A stretch of DNA of 64,000 bases from Candidatus Doudnabacteria bacterium (lineage in GTDB: Bacteria > Patescibacteriota > Doudnabacteria > UBA920). Location: assembly GCA_003151625.1 (NCBI GenBank), contig PLYC01000021.1:16235-80234 (forward strand), written 5' to 3'. Shown in pieces: positions 54,648 through 64,000 of this stretch; the first letter of the stretch is position 1, and each line of letters starts with the position of its first letter. A program made the position numbers and the translations under genes. The notes beneath the pieces were generated by a model. The model ran no database searches. It saw nothing but the letters and a program-made list of their open reading frames with translations, and was not told the origin of the DNA.

Positions 54648-56833
54648 TCGAACTTGATAAAGCCTACGACCATTCCACGGTCGAAGAAAAAATTTATAAG
54701 ATGTGGGAGACTTCGGGATATTTTAATCCGGACAAGCTTCCGGGCGACCGTAAACAACCCTATACCATAATTATGCCCCCGCCGAATGCCAACGCTCCAA
54801 TGCATTTGGGGCACGCTTTGTTTGTGACCATAGAAGACATCCTAATAAGGTATAAAAGGATGCAAGGATACAAGACGCTATGGCAGCCGGGCACCGACCA
54901 CGCGGGTTTTGAAACCCAGGTGGTTTTTGAAAAAAAACTGGAAAAGGAAGGCCGGTCGCGTTTTAAAATGCAACGGGAAGAATTTTACAAGGAAATTTGG
55001 GAGTTTGTCCAAAGCAACAAGCATATAACAGAAAACGGACTGCGCCGTCTCGGAGCATCCTGCGATTGGGACAGGAACATTTTTACCCTGGACCCGGAAA
55101 TCGTAAGAATAGTCTACGCGACTTTTAAAAAAATGCACGAAGACGGGCTAATGTACCGCGGCGACCGCATTGGCAACTGGTGTTTTAAGCACCAAACCGC
55201 TTTGTCTGACTTGGAAACCAAATACGAAGAACGCGTTGAGCCATTTTATTATTTTAAATATGGCCCGTTTACCATAGGCACCAGCCGCCCGGAAACCAAG
55301 TTTGGTGACAAATACGTGGTTATGCATCCGAACGATAAACGTTACGCCCAATATAAAAACGGCGATACTTTTGAAGCGGAATGGATTAACGGGTCAATAA
55401 AGGCAACCATTATTAAAGACGAAGCCGTGGATATGGAATTCGGTAGTGGGGTTATGACTATTACGCCGTGGCATGATCCCGTGGACTTTGATTTGGCGCA
55501 AAAGCACAAGCTGGACAAAGAACAAATAATCGACAAATTTGGGAAGCTTTTGCCGATTGCCGGTGAGTTCGCGGGAATGAAAAACGCGATTGCCCGCCCT
55601 CTAATTGTGGAAAAATTAAAAAACAAAACCCTCCTGGTAAAAGTTGATGAGAATTACAAGCACAATGTAAATGTTTGCTATAAATGCGGCGCCATAATAG
55701 AGCCGCAAATAATCCCCCAGTGGTTCGTGGCTATGGCCAAACCGCTCCCCGATGGTCGGCCAAGCCTCCGCGATATGGCCATTAACGCCATAAAAAATAA
55801 GGAAGTAGAGATTGTCACGGAAAAATTCGAAAAAATTTTTATGCACTGGATGGAGAACCTCCGCGACTGGCCGGTAAGCAGGCAAATTTGGTGGGGAATC
55901 CCGATTCCGGTAAAATATTGTGTCGATTGCAAAGAGGTTATTGTAGACACGGACGATTCCATAAAAGTATGTCCAAAATGCCAATCACCCAAACTCGAAA
56001 AGGATCAGGATACTTTTGACACCTGGTTTTCCAGCGGTCAGTGGCCATATGCGACTTTAATGGCGAACGATGTTAAAAGAGGCACTAAGGACTTTGAAAA
56101 TTATTTTCCAACGCAAGTCATGGAAACCGGTTGGGATATTTTATTTTTCTGGGTGGCCAGAATGGTAATGATGTCGTATTACCGCACCGGAAAACAACCT
56201 TTTGAAAAAGTTTATTTGCATGGTTTGGTGCGAGACAAAGACCGGCAAAAAATGAGCAAAAGCAAAGGTAATGTTATTGACCCGCTTGGTGTTATTGATA
56301 CCTATGGCTGTGACGCTTTGCGCTTTGCGCTCATATTTTCCACCTCGGCCGGCAACGACATTCCCCTGGCTGAAGACAAAATTAAAGGCATGAAACATTT
56401 TGCCAACAAGCTTTGGAATATTGCGAGATACATTTTGGCAAATGTAAGTGTCCCCATTCCCCCCCTTGCAGAGGGGGGGCTAGGGGGGGTTACCGATGCA
56501 GACAAAGAGATTTTAACCAAACTCAATCAAACAATTAAAAATACCACGGTCCACCTGGATAATTTTCGCCTGCACGAAGCCGCCCAGGAAATTTACCAGT
56601 TTACCTGGCACGAGCTGGCGGATATTTACGTGGAAGCGTCCAAAAAACAGCTGGCTGATGAAACCTTAAAAGAAAATACCCAAAAATTGCTGCTGCATAA
56701 TTTAATTAACATCATAAAATTACTCCATCCGTTTATGCCATTCATTACCGAGGAACTTTGGGGAATACTGGGACAAGCCGATTTATTGGGTCGTCATGAC
56801 TTGCTAATAATTGAAAAATGGCCTATAGTATAA
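54644..56833 (+). CDS. valS: Valine--tRNA ligase (compact, no C-terminal coiled coil)
   Basis: PPPN...HLGH, GTDHAG, SRQIWWG, KMSKS. Confidence 0.97.
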   Translation: MIELDKAYDHSTVEEKIYKMWETSGYFNPDKLPGDRKQPYTIIMPPPNANAPMHLGHALFVTIEDILIRYKRMQGYKTLWQPGTDHAGFETQVVFEKKLEKEGRSRFKMQREEFYKEIWEFVQSNKHITENGLRRLGASCDWDRNIFTLDPEIVRIVYATFKKMHEDGLMYRGDRIGNWCFKHQTALSDLETKYEERVEPFYYFKYGPFTIGTSRPETKFGDKYVVMHPNDKRYAQYKNGDTFEAEWINGSIKATIIKDEAVDMEFGSGVMTITPWHDPVDFDLAQKHKLDKEQIIDKFGKLLPIAGEFAGMKNAIARPLIVEKLKNKTLLVKVDENYKHNVNVCYKCGAIIEPQIIPQWFVAMAKPLPDGRPSLRDMAINAIKNKEVEIVTEKFEKIFMHWMENLRDWPVSRQIWWGIPIPVKYCVDCKEVIVDTDDSIKVCPKCQSPKLEKDQDTFDTWFSSGQWPYATLMANDVKRGTKDFENYFPTQVMETGWDILFFWVARMVMMSYYRTGKQPFEKVYLHGLVRDKDRQKMSKSKGNVIDPLGVIDTYGCDALRFALIFSTSAGNDIPLAEDKIKGMKHFANKLWNIARYILANVSVPIPPLAEGGLGGVTDADKEILTKLNQTIKNTTVHLDNFRLHEAAQEIYQFTWHELADIYVEASKKQLADETLKENTQKLLLHNLINIIKLLHPFMPFITEELWGILGQADLLGRHDLLIIEKWPIV

Positions 56834-56841
56834 TTAATTAC

Positions 56842-57054
56842 ATGGTTGATTCAAAATACTTAACAGAATATCGCTGTCCGGGATGTCGCAAGCTTCTTTG
56901 TAAAGGTCTTTTAACAGACCAAAGCAATGTTTTGGAAGTAAAATGCCGCGGGTGTGGACAAATTTGCCAGTTTGCCGGTGAAGATGCCCACATTATCAGC
57001 GAACGCTCCGTGTTAATTAGGCAACGCCTTATACCGGATACCGACACCACCTAG
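56842..57054 (+). CDS. Com-like zinc-ribbon protein
   Basis: EYRCPGCRKLL...EVKCRGC. Confidence 0.75.
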   Translation: MVDSKYLTEYRCPGCRKLLCKGLLTDQSNVLEVKCRGCGQICQFAGEDAHIISERSVLIRQRLIPDTDTT

Positions 57055-57065
57055 TATAAAATTTA

Positions 57066-57098
57066 AAACAGCGGACGCCATAGCGTCCGCTGTTTTTT
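57066..57098. terminator. Bidirectional intrinsic terminator
   Basis: aaaacagcggacgc-cata-gcgtccgctgtttt. Confidence 0.85.
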
Positions 57099-57108
57099 TA
57101 TCTCTATA

Positions 57109-58308
57109 TTATTTAGCCAGGTATGCCTTTAAGCCTTCGCGCAAAATTTCCATGGCTTCTTTTAAGATCTTGCTGTCCAAAACATATGCCACGCGAATTT
57201 CGCTGTGGCCGCGGCCGGGCGTAATGTAAAAATCCTGCATCGGGGTAACCATTACGGTTTTACCTTTATAGCTAAATTCGCTAATCATAAACTTTACAAA
57301 ATCTTCGGACTCTTTTACCGGTATTTGTAAAGATTGATAAATCGCGCCCTGTGCCGGCTTAAACACCACGCCTGGAATTTTGGCCAAGCCTTCGGCTATA
57401 ACGTCGCGGCGCTTATGATATTCCTTAACCAGCTTTGTTACATAAGGTTTGCTGTTGTTTAAAACCGGGATTAAACCCAGCTGTTCCAGCGTCGGAGTGG
57501 ACAGCCTGGCCTGGGCAAACTTTAAAATGGTATGCATTACATCGGTGTTAAAACTTGCCACAACGCCTGTGCGCGCGCCCGGCATGGTAAAGCGCTTGCT
57601 GGCGCTGTCGCAGACTATTACGTACTCTCGGGCGGCTTTGTTGGCCAAAAGAGAAGTGGGTTTTTTGCCGTCAAAACGGATTTCACGGTAAGTCTCATCG
57701 GAAATTATAAATAGGTTGTGTTTTTTCGCAATGGCGACTACGGTATTCAGCTCTTTTTCCGTCCAGAGTTTTCCGGTCGGGTTGTCCGGATTAATTACCA
57801 CCACCGCTTTGGTTTTTTTGGTAATCTTTTTTTCTATTTCCGCGGCTGTGGGCAACGCGAAATTTTTTTCAAAAGGCAGCAGTACCGGCACCAGCTTAAT
57901 TCCGGTCATTACGGCAAAAGATTTATAGCTGGCATATAGCGGCTCAAAAACCAACAGCTCTTCGCCGGGGTCGCAAACCGCCTGCATGGCCAAAAGTATG
58001 GCCTCGGCACAGCCCACGGCAGGGATAATCCCGGACATCGGCAAATCTACGCCAAACTGCTTAAAATATGTTTGCCAGGCGGCCGTGTGCGCGGGAATTC
58101 CAGGGGACGGCGTATAAGGCAAAGTCTTTCCGGCATAAGCCCGAATAACTTTAAAAAAATCCTGCGGCGGCACCAAATCGGGATCACCAACATTAATTTT
58201 AATTACCTTTATCCCCTTTTTCTCCGTGGCCTGCACATAAGGCAAAAACTTGCGTATTGGCGAAGCAATAACATCTCTGCCCCTTTTTGAAACCTGCAAT
58301 TTAGACAT
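57109..58308 (-). CDS. PLP-dependent aminotransferase class I/II
   Basis: INPDNPTG, SDETY, SASK....PGAR.G. Confidence 0.93.
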   Translation of the reverse strand: MSKLQVSKRGRDVIASPIRKFLPYVQATEKKGIKVIKINVGDPDLVPPQDFFKVIRAYAGKTLPYTPSPGIPAHTAAWQTYFKQFGVDLPMSGIIPAVGCAEAILLAMQAVCDPGEELLVFEPLYASYKSFAVMTGIKLVPVLLPFEKNFALPTAAEIEKKITKKTKAVVVINPDNPTGKLWTEKELNTVVAIAKKHNLFIISDETYREIRFDGKKPTSLLANKAAREYVIVCDSASKRFTMPGARTGVVASFNTDVMHTILKFAQARLSTPTLEQLGLIPVLNNSKPYVTKLVKEYHKRRDVIAEGLAKIPGVVFKPAQGAIYQSLQIPVKESEDFVKFMISEFSYKGKTVMVTPMQDFYITPGRGHSEIRVAYVLDSKILKEAMEILREGLKAYLAK

Positions 58309-58463
58309 ATTTTGTTTATTTAAGGCTTAAATTTAAAAAGTATGATACTGTCATACAATTCAGTAAAACTATTATAACAAAAATCCCTGCTCTTTGATAG
58401 GGCAGGATTAAAAATCATTAAACTTTTATCATTATATATAACTCTGCCGCCAATTTTCTCCCT

Positions 58464-59090
58464 CTAAATAGAAGTTTCAAATATTTTCTTTACTAAACTT
58501 GTTCTTGCGTAAAAAGCACGGCTTATCGATCCATGACCCGCCCCTTTTGTTCGTGCTTGTATCCACTTCCCATCTGAGCCTGTAAGACTGGCAAAACCTT
58601 TTTTTATTAGCTTATTTCTTATAAGATCGTAATCAGCCTTTATCTCTTTAATCAGCTCGTCTGTTTCGGCAAAATCCAGACTAGTTACTTTTATCAATTC
58701 TGCTTTTTCTGCATTTTTTCCATACCACATTACCGCACAAAAAATTATGGATTTTAGTTTAGACCAGCAATGACTTTTATAGAACTCATTGTCTTTAAGC
58801 TCTTGCGGATTAATCATTGTTATTGCCATGGTCTCTTTTGGCACGAGCAGGTTTTTTACATTGTGAAAACTTACGGACTTTAATTCCCAAGAAAGTCCAT
58901 TTGGAGCTTTGGACACATTATTTTCCAAACCGGCTAGCCTTTCTAAAATTAAACCTTTCCAACCTTTGTTTTGTTTTCCCGTCTCATATGTTGTAATTTT
59001 AAAATTCTTAGCAAGTTTTCTCAAATCCTTGCCTATATATTTATTTAAGTTCTTTATTGCAACTGCTCTAGTAATAATTTTCTTAGGCAT
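58464..59090 (-). CDS. MutH/Sau3AI-family endonuclease
   Basis: NKGWKG..LE, ELKS, PKETMAIT, IQARTKG, RAFY. Confidence 0.85.
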   Translation of the reverse strand: MPKKIITRAVAIKNLNKYIGKDLRKLAKNFKITTYETGKQNKGWKGLILERLAGLENNVSKAPNGLSWELKSVSFHNVKNLLVPKETMAITMINPQELKDNEFYKSHCWSKLKSIIFCAVMWYGKNAEKAELIKVTSLDFAETDELIKEIKADYDLIRNKLIKKGFASLTGSDGKWIQARTKGAGHGSISRAFYARTSLVKKIFETSI

Positions 59091-59093
59091 AAA

Positions 59094-60059
59094 TTACTTA
59101 AATAATTCTTCCTGCTTCATTGAAAGTCTATTTGCCATAATTTCTACTTGTTTTTTACTAGGAGCTTTATTATAAACCTGATTTAGCTCTTTAATTAGAC
59201 TTTCCAATTCGGCGTGCCTCTTAATAGACAGATCCAAATATTTCTTCTCCATATCTATACCAATAAACTTACGTTTAAAAGCGCTGGCCGCTATGCCGGT
59301 GGTGGAACTTCCGGTAAAAGGATCTAAGACTACGTCCCCTTCTTTGGTGCTGGCCAACACAATGCGTTTAAGCAAATCTATTGGTTTTTGTGTTGGATGT
59401 TTGCCAAAGTGTTTTTCAGCCTTTCTTGGAGTAAGAATTGACCAAACGGAGCGCATTTGCAAACCCTCTTTTTTTAAAAAGTCTTCAGGCCACTGGCCAT
59501 TCTTCATCAAATCATAGTTAAAAGTATGTTTGGCCTTTTTGTCTTTGCGTGCCCATATAATTGTTTCGTGGCTGGCGGTAAAAAACCGGCAGCTTAAATT
59601 TGGCGAGGCGTTTGGTTTAAACCAGGAAATGTCGTTTAAAATATGGTAACCCAAAGACTGAAGGGCGTGGCCGCACTGGTAAATAGAGTGATAAGTTCCG
59701 CTAACCCAAAGGCTACCTTCCGGTTTTAAGACCCTTTTACAGGCTTCCATCCATTTGTAGTGAAAATCGTAATCATCTTGAAAACCTCTGCTTTTGTCCC
59801 AGTCCCCTTTATTCACGCTAACCATTCTTCCTGCGTGCACGGAAAAGCCTCCGTTAGAAAGGTTGTACGGAGGGTCAGCAAAAATCATATCTACGCTATT
59901 TTCCGGAAGCTGGCTTAAAACATCCAAGCAGTTTGAGTGGTACAAAACAAAATTATCCTTCGTGAAATAAGGCTTTTGGGCGACATTTGATAGGATTTTC
60001 GCTCCGGTTTCCATTTTTTTTCTTTTGTTGATTTTTCGTCTTTTTTTCATAGTATACAA
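59094..60059 (-). CDS. Beta-class N6A/N4C DNA methyltransferase (DpnA-like)
   Basis: IFADPPY...HPTQKP...LDPFTGS. Confidence 0.93.
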   Translation of the reverse strand: MYTMKKRRKINKRKKMETGAKILSNVAQKPYFTKDNFVLYHSNCLDVLSQLPENSVDMIFADPPYNLSNGGFSVHAGRMVSVNKGDWDKSRGFQDDYDFHYKWMEACKRVLKPEGSLWVSGTYHSIYQCGHALQSLGYHILNDISWFKPNASPNLSCRFFTASHETIIWARKDKKAKHTFNYDLMKNGQWPEDFLKKEGLQMRSVWSILTPRKAEKHFGKHPTQKPIDLLKRIVLASTKEGDVVLDPFTGSSTTGIAASAFKRKFIGIDMEKKYLDLSIKRHAELESLIKELNQVYNKAPSKKQVEIMANRLSMKQEELFK

Positions 60060-60115
60060 TCGTTCACCTTATGTCAAGTGGATAACTTTTAAGACTTTTA
60101 TACAGTTATTCTATC

Positions 60116-60148
60116 AAAAAACCCCGCTCTTTACGAGCGGGGTTTTTG
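60116..60148 (-). terminator. Intrinsic terminator after rpoC
   Basis: aaaaaccccgctc-ttta-cgagcggggttttt. Confidence 0.85.
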
Positions 60149-60183
60149 TTGCCGATGTTATAGTTATCAATTATCGTTCTCCC

Positions 60184-63100
60184 CTACTCCCCTTCTTCCA
60201 CCATACTGGCGGCGGCGGAGACTTCAAGTTGGAGGTTTTCTTTGGCAATTTGGTCGGTAAAACCGGTACCGGCAGGAATTAATTTACCGATAATTACATT
60301 CTCTTTTAGGCCTCTTAAATAGTCGGTCTTGCCAGTAACAGCGGCTTCGATAAGCACGCGGGTTGTTTCCTGGAAAGAAGCGGCGGCTAAAAAGGAATCG
60401 GTGTTCAAGGAAACTTTGGTAATTCCCATTAGCAACTGCTCGGATGCCACAGGGCGCTTGCCCGCAGCCTTAAGCTCTTCGTTAATAAAACCGAGCTTGG
60501 CTTTGTCGGCGACTTCGCCAACCGTTAGTTCGCTCTCGCCGGAATCGGTTATTCTGACTTTGCTGAACATTTGCTTCACAATTATTTCAATGTGCTTGTC
60601 ATGAATGTTCTGCCCCTGAGAAACGTAAATATCCTGAACTTCCTTAACAATATATTTTTGTGCCGGTTCTAAACCGCGTAGAACCATTATTTGTCCCGGA
60701 TTTAAGTTGCCTTCGGTTAACTGCTGACCCTGAGTCACCAAGTCTCCGTCTTTAACCACAAGCGACAAAGTTGCCGGAATAATATATTCCTTCACCTGAT
60801 CGCTTTCGTGCACCACAATAATGTGGCCTTTTTCCAAGCGCACCAACCCGGCTGTTTTGGCTTTAATGGCTTTGCCGGCTTCGTCTATGTATAAAGTTTC
60901 GCCGGACTCCACCTTAATACCGTCTTTAATGGTGGATTGCGCCTGCCCCAAAGTGTAATTGTCTTTGGTAACATCCGCACCCTGGATTCTGACAATAAAT
61001 TCTTTATTATTTGGTTTGGCAATATACACCTGGCCGTCGATTTCCGAGACATAAGCCTGTCCTTTTGGTTCTCTGGCTTCAAACAACTCTTCCACTCTCG
61101 GAAGACCCTGGGTAATATCTTTAACCGAGGCCGAGCCCCCTGTGTGGAAGGTTCTCATGGTCAGCTGGGTACCCGGTTCACCAATAGATTGAGCGGCCAC
61201 AATACCCACGGCCGCGCCAAGGCGCACCATATCGTTAAAGCCCAAATCATAACCGTAGCACAAGCGGCAAACTCCGCGTGACAGTTTGCACTTTAAAACG
61301 CTGCGGCATTTAACTTCCTCAATACCAGCGTCGGTAATTTCTTTGGCCTGGATGTCGTCTATGCCGTGATTTTTTTCCACAATCACCTTGCCGCTCTTAT
61401 CTTTTAAATCCTCGGCAACCACGCGGCCGAACAACCTTCTGTCGAACGGTTTGTTCATGCGCTTGCTGTCTTCCTGCGTTATTAAATCGTAATCTTCCGT
61501 GCCACAGTCTTCGCTGTTAACCACAATGTCCTGGGCTACGTCTACCAGACGGCGGGTAAGATACCCGGCATCGGCTGTACGCATAGCGGTATCGGACATT
61601 CCTTTTCTGCTGCCGTGAGTGGAAATAAAATATTCCAAAACGTTTAATCCTTCTTTAAAACTGCCTTTAACCGGAAGTTCAATAACATCGCCGGCCGGGT
61701 TAACCACCAAGCCTTTCATTCCGGACATTTGGGTAATTTGAGAAAACGACCCTCTGGCGCCGGAAGATACAAAGTAATTGACGCTGCCGTATTCAGCCAC
61801 CGTGCCGTTAACCGACTTGGCGATTTTTTCCGAAACATCGGCCCAAATTTCCACCACGCGGTTATAACGCTCGTCTTCGGTAAGCAACCCTTCCTGATAC
61901 TGCTGATAAGTTCCTTCCACTTCCCCATCGGCAATTTTTAACGTTTCATATTTTCCCGGCGGAACCAGCAGGTCGTCCATGCCCCAGGACAATCCGGATT
62001 TCTTCATATAGTAAAAACCCGTGCGCTTAATTTCATCAATTAATTCCGCGGTTTTTTCATTGCCCAGCAGACGGTGCGCTTCGCGCACTAAGCCCTGAAG
62101 TTTCTTTTTGTCAAAATTATCGTTTCTAAAACCAAGTTCTTTGGGTACAACTTTGTTAAAAATCAAACGGCCAACAGAGGTTTCCACGGTTTCGCCGCTT
62201 TCTATTCTAACTTTAACTTTGGCCTGAATGTGAACATAACCGTTGTTGTAAGCCATAATAGCTTCGCTTGGGGAAGAAAATATTTTTCCTTCGCCCTTTT
62301 GGCCGGGATGGATTCTGGTAATGTAATAACAGCCCACAACCACGTCTTTGTCCGGAGTCATAACCGGGTCACCGGAAGCAGGCTTGAGCAGGTTGTGCGC
62401 GGAGACCATAATTTCGCGCGCTTCCTTTTGGGCGGCTTCGGTTAACGGCACGTGCACGGCCATTTGGTCGCCGTCAAAGTCCGCGTTAAATGCGGCACAA
62501 ACCATTGGGTGCAGTTGAATGGCTTTTCCTTCTATTAATACCGGCTGGAAAGCCTGGAAGCCCAAACGGTGCAAGGTAGGAGCGCGGTTAAGCAACACGT
62601 AATGGTCTTTAGTAACTTCTTCCAAAATATCATAGACTTCGGTTCTGCCCTGCTCGATTAAACGGTTGGCACTGCGCACGTTGTGCGCAAACTCGCGGCC
62701 TATAAGCTTGCTAATGACAAAAGGTTTAAACAATTCCAAAGCCATCATTTTTGGCAAACCACACTGATGCAAGCGCAAGCGAGGACCCACCACAATAACA
62801 CTGCGTCCGGAATAGTCCACGCGCTTACCGAGGAGGTTCTGGCGAAAACGCCCCTGCTTGCCTTTAAGCATGTCGGCCAGGGAGCGCAATTTTCTTTTTT
62901 GGCCCGTGCTAGCGGTAACTTCCTTGCCGTGGCGGATGCTGTTGTCTATAAGCGCGTCCACCGCTTCCTGAAGCATGCGTTTTTCGTTTCTGGTAATAAC
63001 TTCCGGGGCCTTAATTTCCAAAAGTTTCTTTAAGCGATTGTTACGGTTGATAACACGGCGGTATAAATCGTTTAAGTCCGAAGCGGCAAAGCGTCCGCCG

Positions 63101-63999
63101 TCTAACTGAACCATTGGGCGCAGATCCGGCGGAATAACCGGCAACATGGTAATTAACATCCATTCGGGGCGCAGACCGGAATTAATTAAAGATTTTACCA
63201 GCTTCATGCGCTTAAGAACTTTCCTTTCGGCTTGTCCTTCCAAATTCGGCAAAGCGGTTTGCAAATCCAAAAGCAGCTGCTCCAGATTCACTTCTTCCAA
63301 AAGTCCTTTTATGCCCTCGGCGCCAATAGAGGCGTTAAAAACCGGTCCGTACTTTAAAGACAAATCACGATATTGCAGTTCGCTGATGATTTGCATTTTT
63401 TTAATGGACTTTAGCTCGCTACGCGCCTGATCGCGGATGCTCTCCAAAGCTTCCAGCTCTTTGCCCCAGGCGTCTTTGAGGCGGGTAACTTCGGTGTCAA
63501 TTTCTGCCTGTAAAACATCCGGATCTTTTTGAGCGAATTTTTGCCCAATGGCGCTTTTAGATTTGCCAATAAGCGTTTCAAATTTTTCTTCTATGACTTT
63601 TTTCTTGGCTTTAAATTCGTGCTCAATTTGTTCCAGTGTAGACATGCGGGCTTCTTCGTCTACGGAATTAATAATGTAGGCGGCAAAGTAAACCACCTTC
63701 TCCAGTTCCTGTACGCCCAAATCCAAAATAAGTCCCAAGCGCGATGGCACGCCGCGCAAAAACCAAATGTGCGCGGTCGGCACGGCCAATTTAATATGAC
63801 CCATTCTTTCGCGCCTGACCGAAGACTTGGTAACTTCCACGCCGCACTTGTCGCAAACAATTCCTTTATAACGAATCCTCTTATATTTGCCGCAATAACA
63901 TTCCCAGTCCTTAATGGGACCAAAAATCTTTTCATCAAAAAGCCCGTCCTTTTCCGGACGTTGTGTTCTATAGTTAATGGTTTCCGGCTTAGTGACCTC
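60184..63999 (-). CDS. rpoC: RNA polymerase beta' subunit (5'-truncated by window)
   Basis: [27 protein letters not shown]; frame stays open to the window edge (ETINYRT...CYCGKYK). Confidence 0.99.
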   Translation of the reverse strand, partial: EVTKPETINYRTQRPEKDGLFDEKIFGPIKDWECYCGKYKRIRYKGIVCDKCGVEVTKSSVRRERMGHIKLAVPTAHIWFLRGVPSRLGLILDLGVQELEKVVYFAAYIINSVDEEARMSTLEQIEHEFKAKKKVIEEKFETLIGKSKSAIGQKFAQKDPDVLQAEIDTEVTRLKDAWGKELEALESIRDQARSELKSIKKMQIISELQYRDLSLKYGPVFNASIGAEGIKGLLEEVNLEQLLLDLQTALPNLEGQAERKVLKRMKLVKSLINSGLRPEWMLITMLPVIPPDLRPMVQLDGGRFAASDLNDLYRRVINRNNRLKKLLEIKAPEVITRNEKRMLQEAVDALIDNSIRHGKEVTASTGQKRKLRSLADMLKGKQGRFRQNLLGKRVDYSGRSVIVVGPRLRLHQCGLPKMMALELFKPFVISKLIGREFAHNVRSANRLIEQGRTEVYDILEEVTKDHYVLLNRAPTLHRLGFQAFQPVLIEGKAIQLHPMVCAAFNADFDGDQMAVHVPLTEAAQKEAREIMVSAHNLLKPASGDPVMTPDKDVVVGCYYITRIHPGQKGEGKIFSSPSEAIMAYNNGYVHIQAKVKVRIESGETVETSVGRLIFNKVVPKELGFRNDNFDKKKLQGLVREAHRLLGNEKTAELIDEIKRTGFYYMKKSGLSWGMDDLLVPPGKYETLKIADGEVEGTYQQYQEGLLTEDERYNRVVEIWADVSEKIAKSVNGTVAEYGSVNYFVSSGARGSFSQITQMSGMKGLVVNPAGDVIELPVKGSFKEGLNVLEYFISTHGSRKGMSDTAMRTADAGYLTRRLVDVAQDIVVNSEDCGTEDYDLITQEDSKRMNKPFDRRLFGRVVAEDLKDKSGKVIVEKNHGIDDIQAKEITDAGIEEVKCRSVLKCKLSRGVCRLCYGYDLGFNDMVRLGAAVGIVAAQSIGEPGTQLTMRTFHTGGSASVKDITQGLPRVEELFEAREPKGQAYVSEIDGQVYIAKPNNKEFIVRIQGADVTKDNYTLGQAQSTIKDGIKVESGETLYIDEAGKAIKAKTAGLVRLEKGHIIVVHESDQVKEYIIPATLSLVVKDGDLVTQGQQLTEGNLNPGQIMVLRGLEPAQKYIVKEVQDIYVSQGQNIHDKHIEIIVKQMFSKVRITDSGESELTVGEVADKAKLGFINEELKAAGKRPVASEQLLMGITKVSLNTDSFLAAASFQETTRVLIEAAVTGKTDYLRGLKENVIIGKLIPAGTGFTDQIAKENLQLEVSAAASMVEEGE

Positions 64000-64000
64000 C

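Noticed and set aside
60078-60110. DnaA-box-like GTGGATAA / TTATACAG as oriC
   Set aside because: Only isolated imperfect boxes (others near 16024, 41071 and 44703); no cluster and no dnaA nearby
1255-63938. Many 60-180 aa ORFs antisense to or overlapping long genes
   Set aside because: Shadow ORFs of well-supported genes with no independent evidence
1-64000. CRISPR array or cas genes
   Set aside because: No regularly spaced identical repeats with unique spacers; the repeats are dispersed palindromes or coding repeats
1-64000. Alternative genetic code (TGA = Gly)
   Set aside because: Conserved genes are full length under code 11, and TGA ends several of them (e.g. ymdB, queF, cydB)

Overview
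Bacterial chromosomal window (genetic code 11). It is most likely from a Patescibacteria/CPR genome; this is inferred from AT-rich starts lacking Shine-Dalgarno motifs, heptamer and palindromic intergenic repeats, a non-canonical EF-P loop and CPR-style surface proteins. Housekeeping genes include rpsF(partial)-ssb-rpsR-efp, gdhA, trxB, htrA, clpP, nusA, rny-ymdB, queF-cydAB-tsaD, valS and rpoC(partial). A ~15.2 kb defence island (24007-39207) is integrated at the 3' end of tRNA-Glu(TTC). It carries a large serine recombinase whose C-terminus appears to be swapped by integration, a type I R-M system with an embedded RX4H protein and a downstream acidic micro-protein, AbiEi/AbiEii, a second HEPN module, RadC/JAB and two ~150-nt hairpins built like ssDNA promoters. 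Other highlights are a valS T-box riboswitch with an ultrashort Stem I (Val GUC specifier) and several families of palindromic, MITE-like elements. Some of these sit in frame inside genes (nusA, tsaD, ssb, valS, riboflavin kinase, the prepilin cleavage site). All calls come from reading the sequence by eye; no database searches were run.
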